A stretch of DNA of 39,321 nucleotides from Patescibacteria group bacterium (GCA_018814765.1 JAHIZJ010000027.1:1-39321); one strand, 5' to 3'; positions 9,298 to 19,621 are shown, numbered from the stretch's first letter. Made by a program: numbers and translations. Notes: generated by a model from the sequence alone, not told the origin.

Positions 9298-9647
9298 TAT
9301 TGTTCAGCTTGGCCGGTTTCCTCTTCTTGTCCAAGCTGAGCTTGTAGTCTTTGCTCTTGAGCACGTAAACTCTCCAGCGTGCTTACATTTGCCCGATCAC
9401 CCATGCCCTCTAGGGTTTTTATCTGGCCTTGAACTGCCTCTAATTCTCCTTGTGCTGCCTCAGTTTCCTCTGCTGTTCTTGGAGGGCGTTCTTGTTGTGA
9501 AGCAAGCCTGTTGGTTTCTTCTGGTGGGGGATATGTTTCTTTGGCTGAGGCAAGCCTGTTGGTTTCTTCAGCAGGTTTTGCGCCCCCTTCTGGATTATCT
9601 GGAGTAAGCCCAGATTCTTGAGCTAATCTATTAGTTTCTCTTCCCAT
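9297..9647 (-). CDS. Hypothetical acidic protein with three ETNRLA repeats and a coiled coil
   Basis: Start moved to MGRETNRLA because the longer ORF crosses REP palindromes; stop overlaps the HAD start. Confidence 0.7.
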   Translation of the reverse strand: MGRETNRLAQESGLTPDNPEGGAKPAEETNRLASAKETYPPPEETNRLASQQERPPRTAEETEAAQGELEAVQGQIKTLEGMGDRANVSTLESLRAQEQRLQAQLGQEEETGQAEQ

Positions 9648-9692
9648 GTTTTTGTAGTTAGATAATAAGATACTATATATTAGTTTTTTATA

Positions 9693-10272
9693 GACTGTCG
9701 AATCAAGCCTGCCTGCATACCTTCGGCATGTAAACCGGCAGGCAAGCTGGATAGTGACAATGGGTAGAACCCTAAAAGCCACAACGATTGTCATTGTCGA
9801 GTTTAACTCGACAATCCAGAAATTCCACCAAACCAATCTTCAGCTAAATCAAGCCAGTTGGGATTTGAATTCTCTATTAGAGCTAACTTCCACTCACGAT
9901 TCCAGCCCTTTAGTTGTTTCTCACGACGGATTGCCTCAGCCACATCATCGGTTTCTTCAAAGTAAACAAGCCTATTAACATTGTACTCTTCCGTGAAGCC
10001 TTTGTTGAATTTTGTTTTGTGTTCATATGCTCGTCGCTCAAGGTCGTTGGTTACACCGATGTATAATGTTCCATTGCGTTGGCTGGCGAGGATATAAACA
10101 TAGTAGGTTCGTGACATATGACGGGCGGTAAATATTAAATATAACCCGTCATGTTTTTTGTCTTTATTTCTAGGCTGTCCGATCAAGCCTGTCTGCCGAC
10201 AAGGCAGGTTGGATAGTGACATAGGACGTTTGTTTGTTTTTCTAGACTATCGAATCGAGTTCGATAGTGACA
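9693..10272. repeat. Four TGTCA-headed REP-like palindromes flanking the GIY-YIG gene
   Basis: Units at 9693-9759, 9789-9816, 10173-10221 and 10245-10272; consensus TGTCAYTRTCSA...TCGAYAGTC. Confidence 0.75.
9803..10117 (-). CDS. GIY-YIG nuclease family protein
   Basis: YYVYILAS...LYIGVTNDLERR...AIRREKQLKGWNREWK. Confidence 0.93.
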   Translation of the reverse strand: MSRTYYVYILASQRNGTLYIGVTNDLERRAYEHKTKFNKGFTEEYNVNRLVYFEETDDVAEAIRREKQLKGWNREWKLALIENSNPNWLDLAEDWFGGISGLSS

Positions 10273-10311
10273 TTGAGTGGTACCCTCGAGAGCCTGCCCG
10301 CCTGACTCGTC

Positions 10312-10386
10312 TGGTGTCCCCAGTAGGAATCGAACCTACATCTAGGGCTTAGAAGGCCCTCGTTCTATCCGTTGAACTATAGGGAC
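10312..10386 (-). tRNA. tRNA-Arg (UCU)
   Basis: GTCCCTATAGTTCAACGGATAGAACGAGGGCCTTCTAAGCCCTAGATGTAGGTTCGATTCCTACTGGGGACACCA. Confidence 0.95.
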
Positions 10387-10405
10387 CTCAGGCGAGTTGG
10401 GCGGG

Positions 10406-10440
10406 GAAGGCCGCTGTTCTATCCGTTGAGCTACAGGGGC
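10406..10440 (-). pseudogene. 5' half of a second, divergent tRNA-Arg (its 3' end probably at 10278-10290)
   Basis: GCCCCTGTAGCTCAACGGATAGAACAGCGGCCTTC breaks inside the anticodon; CTCGAGGGTACCA lies on the other side of the intact tRNA. Confidence 0.7.
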
Positions 10441-10526
10441 ATAAGTAAGTATGTTGTCAAGCTACGCTTGATCCGGCATAGCCGGAAACTACAGAGACAA
10501 GAAATGTGTTAATAAATATACGATGA

Positions 10527-11492
10527 TTATGATTTATCGTCAACGCCTTTGTCTTTTTTAGGACGACCACGTTTACGCGCGTGGAAAGCATTATAAACAT
10601 CTTTTAGCTGTTGATTAGTAATGTGGGTGTATATCTGTGTGGTGGTGATCGAAGCGTGACCCAAGAGTGATTGAACAGAGCGAATGTCTGCTCCACTGGT
10701 CAGAAGATCGGTGGCATAGGAGTGCCTTAACACATGAGGTGTAATTCGTTTGGTAATGCCGACTGACTTGGCGTAGTATTGTACCAAGCGCTGAATACTT
10801 CTAGGGGTTAAGTGTTTGGTGTCGTTTGATTTGTTGGCAGCTCGATCATGTCTGACAAAGAGGGCCAGTGAAGCATCTTGGCGTGCATCCAGATATTGTT
10901 TAAGCCAATACTTTGCCTGGTTAGATAGAAAGACTAAGCGCAACTTACTTCCTTTGCCACGGACAGTGAAGTCGTCTTTTTTCAGGTTGATCTGGTCTTG
11001 TGTCAGATTGGCTAGCTCAGAGACACGTAAACCGGTTGAAAAAAGGAGCTCGAGGATAGCCTTGTCACGTTTTTGAATGATTGGTGGCTCTTTTGACTTT
11101 AGCGGAGCTTCGAGAAAACGCTCCAGATCTTCCCCTTCGAGAAAGGTAACCTGACGATCTGGCATCTTGGCCAGCTCTATCTTTTCCGGGGCTAGAGCCT
11201 TGATATCACGTTTAGCTAAATATTTTAGGAACGAACGCAGAGCAATCAAATAGTAATTCTGGGTACTTTTATTAAGTGGTTCTTTGCGCTGGTTCTCTTG
11301 GCGATTTAACCAAAGGCGATATTTTCTCACAACTTCAATTTCTAGATCGTCAGCGGTTTTGATTTTTGAAAACTCCAAGAATCTATTCAAGTATGATTTG
11401 TAATTCCTTTTTGTGGCTAAGCTACAGTTTCTTTCAATTTCCAGATGATCCAGGAATTCTTTGATGAGTTGTTTGAGAGAAGGTGAGGTCAT
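10527..11492 (-). CDS. Tyrosine recombinase, XerC/D family
   Basis: N-terminal SAM-like domain; TGLRVSE, GKG.K.R, HVLRHSYAT, LGHASITTTQIYTH. Confidence 0.93.
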   Translation of the reverse strand: MTSPSLKQLIKEFLDHLEIERNCSLATKRNYKSYLNRFLEFSKIKTADDLEIEVVRKYRLWLNRQENQRKEPLNKSTQNYYLIALRSFLKYLAKRDIKALAPEKIELAKMPDRQVTFLEGEDLERFLEAPLKSKEPPIIQKRDKAILELLFSTGLRVSELANLTQDQINLKKDDFTVRGKGSKLRLVFLSNQAKYWLKQYLDARQDASLALFVRHDRAANKSNDTKHLTPRSIQRLVQYYAKSVGITKRITPHVLRHSYATDLLTSGADIRSVQSLLGHASITTTQIYTHITNQQLKDVYNAFHARKRGRPKKDKGVDDKS

Positions 11493-11690
11493 AAGGATAT
11501 TTTACGACACTATGTAATATATTTCAAGGGGTTGCAAAAAGCTAATAAATAAGGTATAATAACAGGGTAAATGACTATTTATTAAGCTTTTATTATGATC
11601 CATGTGGTTGACAAAGCGAATAAAACAAAAAACAAAACAATATTACACATAAGCTATTCTAGTACCACCTAAAGAGCGGTATTTTTTTAT

Positions 11691-14600
11691 ATGAACCCTA
11701 TGGCTACAAAAACCAAGATCACGACCAATACTTTTACCAAAGTGTTCATTTATATTACCGGTGGAATGTTTGTTGTAACTGCGGGTTTCGGGATTTACCT
11801 TTCGGGAAATATTAAAGTATTCAACAAAGAGGCTGCTATTAAAGAATCAGGGGCAGCGAACTCCGCTCATTCAAGAAATGTTAGTAGTATTTCTTCAGAC
11901 CGCGTACTGGTAGCCTATAGTGCTGATTGGCCCGAAGACCTAGATAATAATGGAACACAAGACTCGTTGCAGGTTGCCGAGTACTATATGCAGAGGCGAG
12001 GAATCCCAATAGAGAATATTATCAGTCTTCCCATCACAGACGTTACAAGTTACAACCGTTTTCAACTTTCTTATGATAGATTGCATGACGAGATAATAAC
12101 TCCGTTAAAAGAGAAGCTGGCAATTCTTGGTCCCTCCAATATTGATGTGATACTTCTTTGCTATGGCCTACCATATAAAACAGTAGCGTACGCCGGTACA
12201 GACCCACTTACGGTTAGTGTAGATAATGCGGTTATGGGATTATATCGTCTGGTTCCAGAGGTTGACCTATTTAAAGATAACAACCCTTATTTTGAAGTGA
12301 GCCCGATTTTTAACTTACCAGACAAAGGGCACTTTAATCATGATGACTACAAGTATGGTGGTCAAACAATGTACCTGGTCTCTCGTCTCGATGGACCAAA
12401 CGGAGTTACCGGTACGCTTGAGCTTATTGACCAGGCGCTCTATGGGGAGCAATACATATCAGCTCAAGATGGATACTATAATGGTATTGGCTATGCAGAC
12501 AGCTATGGTGAGTTTGGCGGAGATGAAGGACTGGCAAACGATCCGGCAGTGCAGAATGGCTGGTACAGTACGGTTAACGATGCCGCAAAGAATATTGCCT
12601 GGACTGAACATTTCGTTGTTGAAGGAGAATTTCCCCTGAAGTGGGAAGTTACAAGCAATGAAATCGGAGAGCCGGGCGCAGAATATTCTGATAGCAGCTC
12701 AGCCGAAGAATCACCGGAACAGCCATTGTTTTATGGCGGGTGGTATGTGATGAATGAGGACGTCTGGGATTGGCTACCGGGTTCATTGGGAATTGATTTG
12801 AATAGCTATTCGCTGTCTGATTTAAAAACTGGCACAGGCTATATGGGCGAAGGCTTGGTCCGTGGTTTAACAGGCACATCAGGGGTGATCAACGAGCCCT
12901 ATGTAAATGGTCATGCTCGTCCGCATATATTTATGGCATACATTGTGAGGGGGTATCCATTTGTCGAAGCGGCTATGTTAGCAACCCCTTATTTGGGATG
13001 GATGGCCGTAAATATTGGCGATCCGCTCTATACTCCATTAGCAGCAGATAAACCTCTTATATATGATACACAGGAGCCTGTAATCAGCAGTGGTTATCCT
13101 GTTCTGATCGGAGAGATTGATTCCGGATCAAGGGTGGTAAGTGTAAAAGTTGATGACTCTCCTGAACCTGAGGTGGTGAAAGTAAGTATCGACTATGGTG
13201 TTGACACAGACTATGAGGTGACCGTTGATTCAGGTCCAGGATATTTCCGCCGCCATGAAATTACTTTGCCAGACATTGATGCAGATACAATATATCATTA
13301 TCGCCTTACGCTAGAGGATCCGGTTGGAAATATAACAGTGAGTGATGATTACAACTTTAGTAATGTGTCCATTCCGGCCATCGAGAGCGTAAAAGCCAAT
13401 CAGATAAATGAAATAGATGTAGCTTTCAGCGAAACAATGGATCGGGTCAGCGCAGAGACAGTCTCAAATTACTCTATTGATCAAGGTATTACCGTTTCCT
13501 CTGCCTCGCTTAGTTCCGATGAAAGGACGGTTACACTATCCACCGCTCCGTTAACACCGGGTACAATTTATACTCTGACAGTTAATAATGTGGCTGACCT
13601 AGCGGGACACCCCGTTAATCCGAACACTCAAGCAACGTTTTTTTACGCAGCTAGAGTGTATAGGTCTGTCGGTCCGGGTAATACAGCCGCACTGGCCATA
13701 GGTGCAAGTAACGCACTAAGCATTTCAAATTTCACGGCATCATTTATTTTACCTTTACCAGATAATGTAGGAGTAGGTGATGCTATCCAGTACGATTCTA
13801 GTGGCGATGGAATTATCGACACCATAGCTTTTATTAGTAGCCGTATCTCATCTACCGAATACGTATTAACAAATTCTCTGGGTGGTACACCGGACCAGGT
13901 ATCAGGAGACAGTGACTGGTCGATATTTCGAGCTTATACTTCATTAACTAACGCTGAAAGTGGCTCTGAAAACAGCGGTATCGACTCGTCTGTAAGTGAT
14001 TTTGATAGCTGGACTGATGGAAAAGACTTAGTATCTGCTGGAGAGATTAGGATGATTGCTTGTTATGCTGATGCTATCGATACCGAACGAGTCGATGTAA
14101 ATGGTTGGACCACAAGCCAAGAAGCCTATCTGAAGATTTTTGCTCCGGTGGCTCCTAACGAGGTGGGTGTGACTCAACGTCATAATGGAATTGCCAATGA
14201 ACAGGGGTATAAGATTACCAATGGTACAAACTGGCAGGCAGTTATTAAGGTTTCCAGTAATAATGTTCAAATTGAAGGATTGTGGGTTGAATCAACCGGA
14301 GATAACTGTAAAGGGATTTCTACAAGTGCACACATAACCGATACAAAAATCTTTGGAAACTTAGTGTCTTCAGTTGCTATAAATCCAGGTCTAAACTCCA
14401 ATGTTGGAATATCTATGGAAACAGCGGACCAAGGGCATTCTACATATGTAACGAATAATATTGTTATCGGATATGGAACAGGTATCTATGTTAAGGGTAG
14501 TTGGGATAGTTTTGCCAATTTTTTTATATACAATAATACTGCCGTGAGAAATATTAACGGTGTTAAATGCTATCATGGGGCCGATAATGGTAGCTTTATC

Positions 14601-15251
14601 TTTAAAAATAATCTTGTAGCTGATAATACTTCAGCAGATTGGTATCAGGCTAGTGTAAGTACGGGCTCTACTCACAATTCATCCAGTGATGACACAGTAC
14701 CCGAGGAAGGAATATATTACGCCGATGCCGTGGTGACATTTATTGATGAAAGTAATAATAACTATCACCTTGATACTTTAGACACAGGCGCTAAGGACAA
14801 AGGAACTAATTTGTCCGAAGACGAGTATTATGCTTTTAGTGTCGATGTTGACGTTGAGGGTCGAACCGGCATTTGGGACATTGGTGCAGATGAGGCCCTG
14901 GGAGGGCAGATAAATCAACCGCCAAGCGTGGATGCGGGATATAATCAGGAGATAACTTGGCCTATAGTAACAGTGAGCCTTGATGGAACAGTTGATGATG
15001 ATAATTTACCAGCTGTAGCGACTCTGTGGGAGAAAGTTGGAGGAGATGGTGAGGTAAGCTTTGGTGATCCAAGTGCAATAGATACGACCGCATCGTTTAG
15101 TGAGGCAGGTGCTTATGAGTTAAGGCTGACCGCAGATGATGGTGAGTTTCAGATAAGCGATATTGTTACTATCATTGTGCACGAAGCCCCTACGCCAGGT
15201 GGTTCACCGGTGATGTTAAAAGAGGTGTTTCATTATATCTTTCAGGATTAG
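11691..15251 (+). CDS. Large surface protein: TM anchor, TIGR03790-like domain, FN3/Ig-like, beta-helix, PKD-like
   Basis: AEYYMQRRGIP, VSRLDGP, GVINEPY, IGDPLY motifs; FSETMD...NYSI Ig module; WDIGADE; NQPPSVDAG. Confidence 0.8.
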   Translation: MNPMATKTKITTNTFTKVFIYITGGMFVVTAGFGIYLSGNIKVFNKEAAIKESGAANSAHSRNVSSISSDRVLVAYSADWPEDLDNNGTQDSLQVAEYYMQRRGIPIENIISLPITDVTSYNRFQLSYDRLHDEIITPLKEKLAILGPSNIDVILLCYGLPYKTVAYAGTDPLTVSVDNAVMGLYRLVPEVDLFKDNNPYFEVSPIFNLPDKGHFNHDDYKYGGQTMYLVSRLDGPNGVTGTLELIDQALYGEQYISAQDGYYNGIGYADSYGEFGGDEGLANDPAVQNGWYSTVNDAAKNIAWTEHFVVEGEFPLKWEVTSNEIGEPGAEYSDSSSAEESPEQPLFYGGWYVMNEDVWDWLPGSLGIDLNSYSLSDLKTGTGYMGEGLVRGLTGTSGVINEPYVNGHARPHIFMAYIVRGYPFVEAAMLATPYLGWMAVNIGDPLYTPLAADKPLIYDTQEPVISSGYPVLIGEIDSGSRVVSVKVDDSPEPEVVKVSIDYGVDTDYEVTVDSGPGYFRRHEITLPDIDADTIYHYRLTLEDPVGNITVSDDYNFSNVSIPAIESVKANQINEIDVAFSETMDRVSAETVSNYSIDQGITVSSASLSSDERTVTLSTAPLTPGTIYTLTVNNVADLAGHPVNPNTQATFFYAARVYRSVGPGNTAALAIGASNALSISNFTASFILPLPDNVGVGDAIQYDSSGDGIIDTIAFISSRISSTEYVLTNSLGGTPDQVSGDSDWSIFRAYTSLTNAESGSENSGIDSSVSDFDSWTDGKDLVSAGEIRMIACYADAIDTERVDVNGWTTSQEAYLKIFAPVAPNEVGVTQRHNGIANEQGYKITNGTNWQAVIKVSSNNVQIEGLWVESTGDNCKGISTSAHITDTKIFGNLVSSVAINPGLNSNVGISMETADQGHSTYVTNNIVIGYGTGIYVKGSWDSFANFFIYNNTAVRNINGVKCYHGADNGSFIFKNNLVADNTSADWYQASVSTGSTHNSSSDDTVPEEGIYYADAVVTFIDESNNNYHLDTLDTGAKDKGTNLSEDEYYAFSVDVDVEGRTGIWDIGADEALGGQINQPPSVDAGYNQEITWPIVTVSLDGTVDDDNLPAVATLWEKVGGDGEVSFGDPSAIDTTASFSEAGAYELRLTADDGEFQISDIVTIIVHEAPTPGGSPVMLKEVFHYIFQD

Positions 15252-15271
15252 TTAAAAATACAAAAATTATT

Positions 15272-18200
15272 ATGATAACCATGACTACAAAAACCAAGAC
15301 TTCAACTCCAACAGTCGTAAAAATTTTTATTTATCTGGCTAGCGGAGTATTTATCTTGGCGACTGGTTTTGCAATATTTGTTATTGGGACAGGTAGATTC
15401 CAAACGGGCACTATTGGTTTAAGGACAAAAGAAGAAAGGAATTATCTTTATAATACTGAAATTGTTGAGAAACGCAATACCGGGCTGTATAAGGAAACAA
15501 GACTTGGAAACCACTTGATGTTTGTCCGTGAGGTTGAAAATGATTATGGTGATGAAGTATTGATTGATAATCACTACGACTGGTACATGTTTGACTTAAG
15601 TACCGGAGATATGGTTTTGACCAGAACACATTGGCGTTATGATTTGCCTGATGTATTACCTGAAACGATTAGCAAGTCAGAGATAGAAAGTACAGCCAGC
15701 GAAATGTTTGGATTGGAAATAAATTATAGCAGAATTGTTTTGATCTCTGAGGACTCAAAAATGTACCAACTACCGGAGCCACCAGTTAATCCTACTTGGG
15801 TTGTTTATTTGGATAATAAACAGTCAAAAATATTTGACTCAGTAACCGGTGACTTTTTGGGTGATGGCCCAACACTTTTAGCTCAAGATGCATATCTAAC
15901 ATCGGGTCCGGAGAGTTGTAATCCCCCTATTGTTGGCGAAGGATGGCCTGATTTGATGAGCGATGCGGAAGAATTTATATCATCTATGAATTATGATACT
16001 GGCACTGTTAGTACAATGCCGTCAAAAAATGAGATTGAAGCAAAAATATCTAATGAAGAAGTCGCCGTTTTTTATACAATAGGTCACACTGGATATGAAG
16101 GTGCGGGTATTATTACCGGATGTTCTGGTAACGATGATGAAATATTATCAGTAACAGACATTGCGATTGCTCTCGATGGATATCCAAAAATGCCTTTTAC
16201 TTACCTGGCCAGCTGTGATGGCATGTGTGACACCGGCGAATTTTCATTAGCCCAGTCTTTTACTAAAGGAGTAAGTGAAGATGCGGCTGTGGTGGGTTTT
16301 TGCGGTATGGCTGAGTCAAGCTGTGCTGACTGTTGGAATAACATTTACGATTGGCAGTGGAGCTTCTTTAGTTTGCTTTCAGAAGGAAATAATGTAGGTA
16401 CTGCATTTACTGGTGCAGATGCATCGGTTTATAATGAGTGTACCAGTTGCATTGATTATTATGGTGATCCAGAATTAAAACTAGTTCCGAAGATAAGTCG
16501 ACGTTCCTTTAGCGGTTCTTCTCCGGCACCGTCAGTCTGTGATGATTTGTGGGAGAACAATGTTTGTATTTTGCCGACGGATAACATGGAAGACCCGAGA
16601 TTATTCGGCATACCAACCGATGATACTTTGACGGAGGCTAATCGGATAATGGTTTGGGTAAAAAATGACCTGGGACAACCGGTACAAGATGCACACGTAC
16701 ATCTTAATATAAATGGAGCCTGTAACTTTTGTTACTGCGATTCTCTTGAGGTTGATGCTATTACCGATATTCTTGGATATGCAGAGTTTCAATTAGCTTA
16801 TGGTGGATATTGTAATATGCCAGGAAGTTACGCAGTCCGAGTACTTGTAGATAATCAGCCAGTCCGCTATATAAAAAAAATGGTCAGTGCCGATTATAAT
16901 AATGGAACATGTGATGGAGATGTAGGTTTAGCTGATTTTACGGTTATGGGTAATAATTTCCAGGACAATACCAAGGACTGTAATCAACCGACTGATTTTA
17001 ATGGAAATTGCCAAACGGATGATTTGGAAGATTACGAAATCTTTTCCCAGGCTTGGGACCAAACCTGTGATTATGAATATCTGAAAAATGCTGGAGAAGA
17101 TTTAGGGAATACTGATAACGAAGAATTACCGGAATTTATGACACCGCTTCCTGACCCGGGTGTTTATTGTGGTGGATTAATAACGGGAGACACTGTCTTA
17201 ACTGAAGATCTAGATTGTTCCAGTAATTCCAGCGGATTGAAAATTGGTAGCAGTGACATTACTTTAGACTGCAATGGTCATTCGATTATCGGTGGAGAAA
17301 ATTCTGGAACGGGGATTAAGGTTGGAACACAATATCCCGCAGAGCAGCACTATAACAACATATCCATAATAAACTGTACTATAAAGAATTATGACAATGG
17401 CATATGGTTAATCGGGACTTCTGACTCTTTGATTAATATGAATACAATAAGCTCCAGAGATGGCGGTATTTTACTCCATGATTCTGACAATAATGATCTA
17501 ATAGGTAATAAAATTGTTGGTGCTAGTGACCCAGGTGCAATATTTTTAAGTTATGATTCTGAGTTTAATAATATTGCTTCCAATGAAGCTTGCTATAATG
17601 ATACCGATATTGATTGTTGGGAAAACCCGACTGTCAATTATGGAGAACAGAATAAATTTCATATAATGGAAAATTGTCCCTTTATAGAAAATTTGAGATG
17701 TGAAAATGTGTGTTTATCGATGGATCAAGATTATGTTGATAATCATCCGGAAGAATTAAAAATTGACCATGGATGTGTAGAATTGCAGGAAGATATAGTT
17801 ACAAACACGGCAATTATTTTGGGTGACAATGTAACATTCAACTGCAATAACAATTCAATAACCAGCCCCGGATCAGATGCAGGCTTTCTGCTTGATCACA
17901 CGGAGAGTGCCACAATTGAAAACTGCGAAATAAGCGGCTTCTATACCCAAATACAACTCTTGTACAGTTCTGGCAATACAATAATAAACAACACCCTTGA
18001 CGGGAACGGTTACTTGGGTATAAATGCCACGAATAGTCCCAGCAATACTATCACAGCCAACACTCTACAAAGTAATACAAACATAAAAATTAATTACAGT
18101 CCGGATAACACCATCACTGAAAACACACTGGGTAATTATTCAACCATCTACTTATTCGGAGACTGCCAAGGTAGCACGCTCAATGGCAATACATCCTGTA

Positions 18201-19153
18201 ATAACGTTACCAATGACCTAGTCTGCTACCCAGAAGATAACAGCGTTATAGGATACGGAAACCAATTTAATACAACGCTCCGCTGCTCAAACGTTGAATA
18301 CAATACCTGTAACTCCGAGAACAATGAAGTCGCACTCAATAATTCTTTCGAAGTTGATTATGGATTTGATTACTTTCCAGATTGGGATACTGACAATGCA
18401 ACAACTGGAGACAGCTTACCGGATGGGTGGTACTCTAACACAACTTTCCCTGGAGTAATCGATGACAGTGAAATACACGATGGACAGTATTCAGTCAAAA
18501 TAGAAAGAGACACCCAAAATACAGCCAATGCCTATTCATTCCAGGACATTCCGGTAGAAAACGGAAAAACATACAGAGTCAGCGGATACGTAAAAACAGA
18601 CCAAGTTTGTACTGCAGATGACGAGTGCTTTGCAACCATAATAACCGAGTGCAGAAATGCAGACCATGATATTCAATATAACTGCGGACTGAAGCTCACA
18701 TCAGACAAATGGCAAAAAAGAAAGAGCCGTGAATCTCAAACCTGGACAAAGATAGATTTCACTGTCACGGCAGATAATCCAAACGCAGAGTTTTTAAGAG
18801 TACTTTGCTATAATACGCCACACGAAACAGGTGACCCGTTAGGAGAGGGAACCATATGGTGCGACAATATAGAAGTCAAAGAGTATGAAATTCCGGAAAC
18901 CTGCGGAAACGGATTGTGTGAAGCCAGTGAGGCTTGTCTTCCATCATACAATGATTGCCAAAGCTCACCCTATTATGCTTGCACTGACTATGAGTGTAAT
19001 TATGGAGAGTGCGAGCCAGTATATGCGCATAACTGTGAACAGTTCACGCGCTGCCAAGACTGTGGAGGAGGCAGTGATCGTTGTATCTGTTATCAAGAAC
19101 ATCCACTCTACTCTAACTGTGTTGAGGATTTTGGGCAGTGCTCTGAGGAATAA
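15272..19153 (+). CDS. Large Cys-rich surface protein: possible clan CD peptidase domain, dockerin-like, NosD-type beta-helix, CBM4/9-like, Cys-rich tail
   Basis: TM anchor; IGHTG and LASCDG; DYNNG..DGDVGLADF; ITLDCNGHSI (two copies); NNSFE...YRVSGYVKT...CDNIEV; CGNGLCE. Confidence 0.75.
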   Translation: MITMTTKTKTSTPTVVKIFIYLASGVFILATGFAIFVIGTGRFQTGTIGLRTKEERNYLYNTEIVEKRNTGLYKETRLGNHLMFVREVENDYGDEVLIDNHYDWYMFDLSTGDMVLTRTHWRYDLPDVLPETISKSEIESTASEMFGLEINYSRIVLISEDSKMYQLPEPPVNPTWVVYLDNKQSKIFDSVTGDFLGDGPTLLAQDAYLTSGPESCNPPIVGEGWPDLMSDAEEFISSMNYDTGTVSTMPSKNEIEAKISNEEVAVFYTIGHTGYEGAGIITGCSGNDDEILSVTDIAIALDGYPKMPFTYLASCDGMCDTGEFSLAQSFTKGVSEDAAVVGFCGMAESSCADCWNNIYDWQWSFFSLLSEGNNVGTAFTGADASVYNECTSCIDYYGDPELKLVPKISRRSFSGSSPAPSVCDDLWENNVCILPTDNMEDPRLFGIPTDDTLTEANRIMVWVKNDLGQPVQDAHVHLNINGACNFCYCDSLEVDAITDILGYAEFQLAYGGYCNMPGSYAVRVLVDNQPVRYIKKMVSADYNNGTCDGDVGLADFTVMGNNFQDNTKDCNQPTDFNGNCQTDDLEDYEIFSQAWDQTCDYEYLKNAGEDLGNTDNEELPEFMTPLPDPGVYCGGLITGDTVLTEDLDCSSNSSGLKIGSSDITLDCNGHSIIGGENSGTGIKVGTQYPAEQHYNNISIINCTIKNYDNGIWLIGTSDSLINMNTISSRDGGILLHDSDNNDLIGNKIVGASDPGAIFLSYDSEFNNIASNEACYNDTDIDCWENPTVNYGEQNKFHIMENCPFIENLRCENVCLSMDQDYVDNHPEELKIDHGCVELQEDIVTNTAIILGDNVTFNCNNNSITSPGSDAGFLLDHTESATIENCEISGFYTQIQLLYSSGNTIINNTLDGNGYLGINATNSPSNTITANTLQSNTNIKINYSPDNTITENTLGNYSTIYLFGDCQGSTLNGNTSCNNVTNDLVCYPEDNSVIGYGNQFNTTLRCSNVEYNTCNSENNEVALNNSFEVDYGFDYFPDWDTDNATTGDSLPDGWYSNTTFPGVIDDSEIHDGQYSVKIERDTQNTANAYSFQDIPVENGKTYRVSGYVKTDQVCTADDECFATIITECRNADHDIQYNCGLKLTSDKWQKRKSRESQTWTKIDFTVTADNPNAEFLRVLCYNTPHETGDPLGEGTIWCDNIEVKEYEIPETCGNGLCEASEACLPSYNDCQSSPYYACTDYECNYGECEPVYAHNCEQFTRCQDCGGGSDRCICYQEHPLYSNCVEDFGQCSEE

Positions 19154-19359
19154 TATTTATTGCATATCATACTAACGTGTTTAAAATTAGGCCTTTTTAT
19201 GCCATAACATGCTATTTATTAGTATAATGTTCATATTCACCTTCTGAGATTTATTATCTAATAACGGCCCTTGATAAATATTAATGTCTGTAATAAAATG
19301 CCCTGTTGTCCCATGGGTTTTTTTGGCAACGCAGAGCTCATTCCACATAGGAGGTTTCG

Positions 19360-19621
19360 ATGAGTGATATGATTACATTTTATGCTGTTAGAGTTGACCA
19401 GCTTATAAAGAGCACCAGTAGGGGTTCAGAGGTTTGTCACAGAGTTCTTCGCAGAACAAGAAGTTCACGGCGTTAAGTGTATGGTGGCGGTTGGCATAGA
19501 CCATAGGGCCCCTTGGATTGATTGTGATGATGATTGCGAAGAGGGTCTTGATGGCGAACAATCAGTTTATGATTGGTTTGGTGCTAATCCAGACGTAGTC
19601 TATGTCTTTAATTGGTCATAA
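19360..19621 (+). pseudogene. Small acidic hypothetical protein with +1 frameshift near 19405
   Basis: AGGAGG-ATG start; second frame RAPVGVQRFV...VFNWS ends just before a terminator; 262 nt = 87 codons + 1. Confidence 0.45.

Noticed and set aside
9693-10272. CRISPR array
   Set aside because: Repeats are degenerate, in mixed orientation, irregularly spaced, and there are no cas genes
10312-19153. Integrative island with the recombinase as integrase at tRNA-Arg
   Set aside because: The protein looks like a housekeeping Xer; no distal tRNA 3' duplication and no phage or conjugation genes seen
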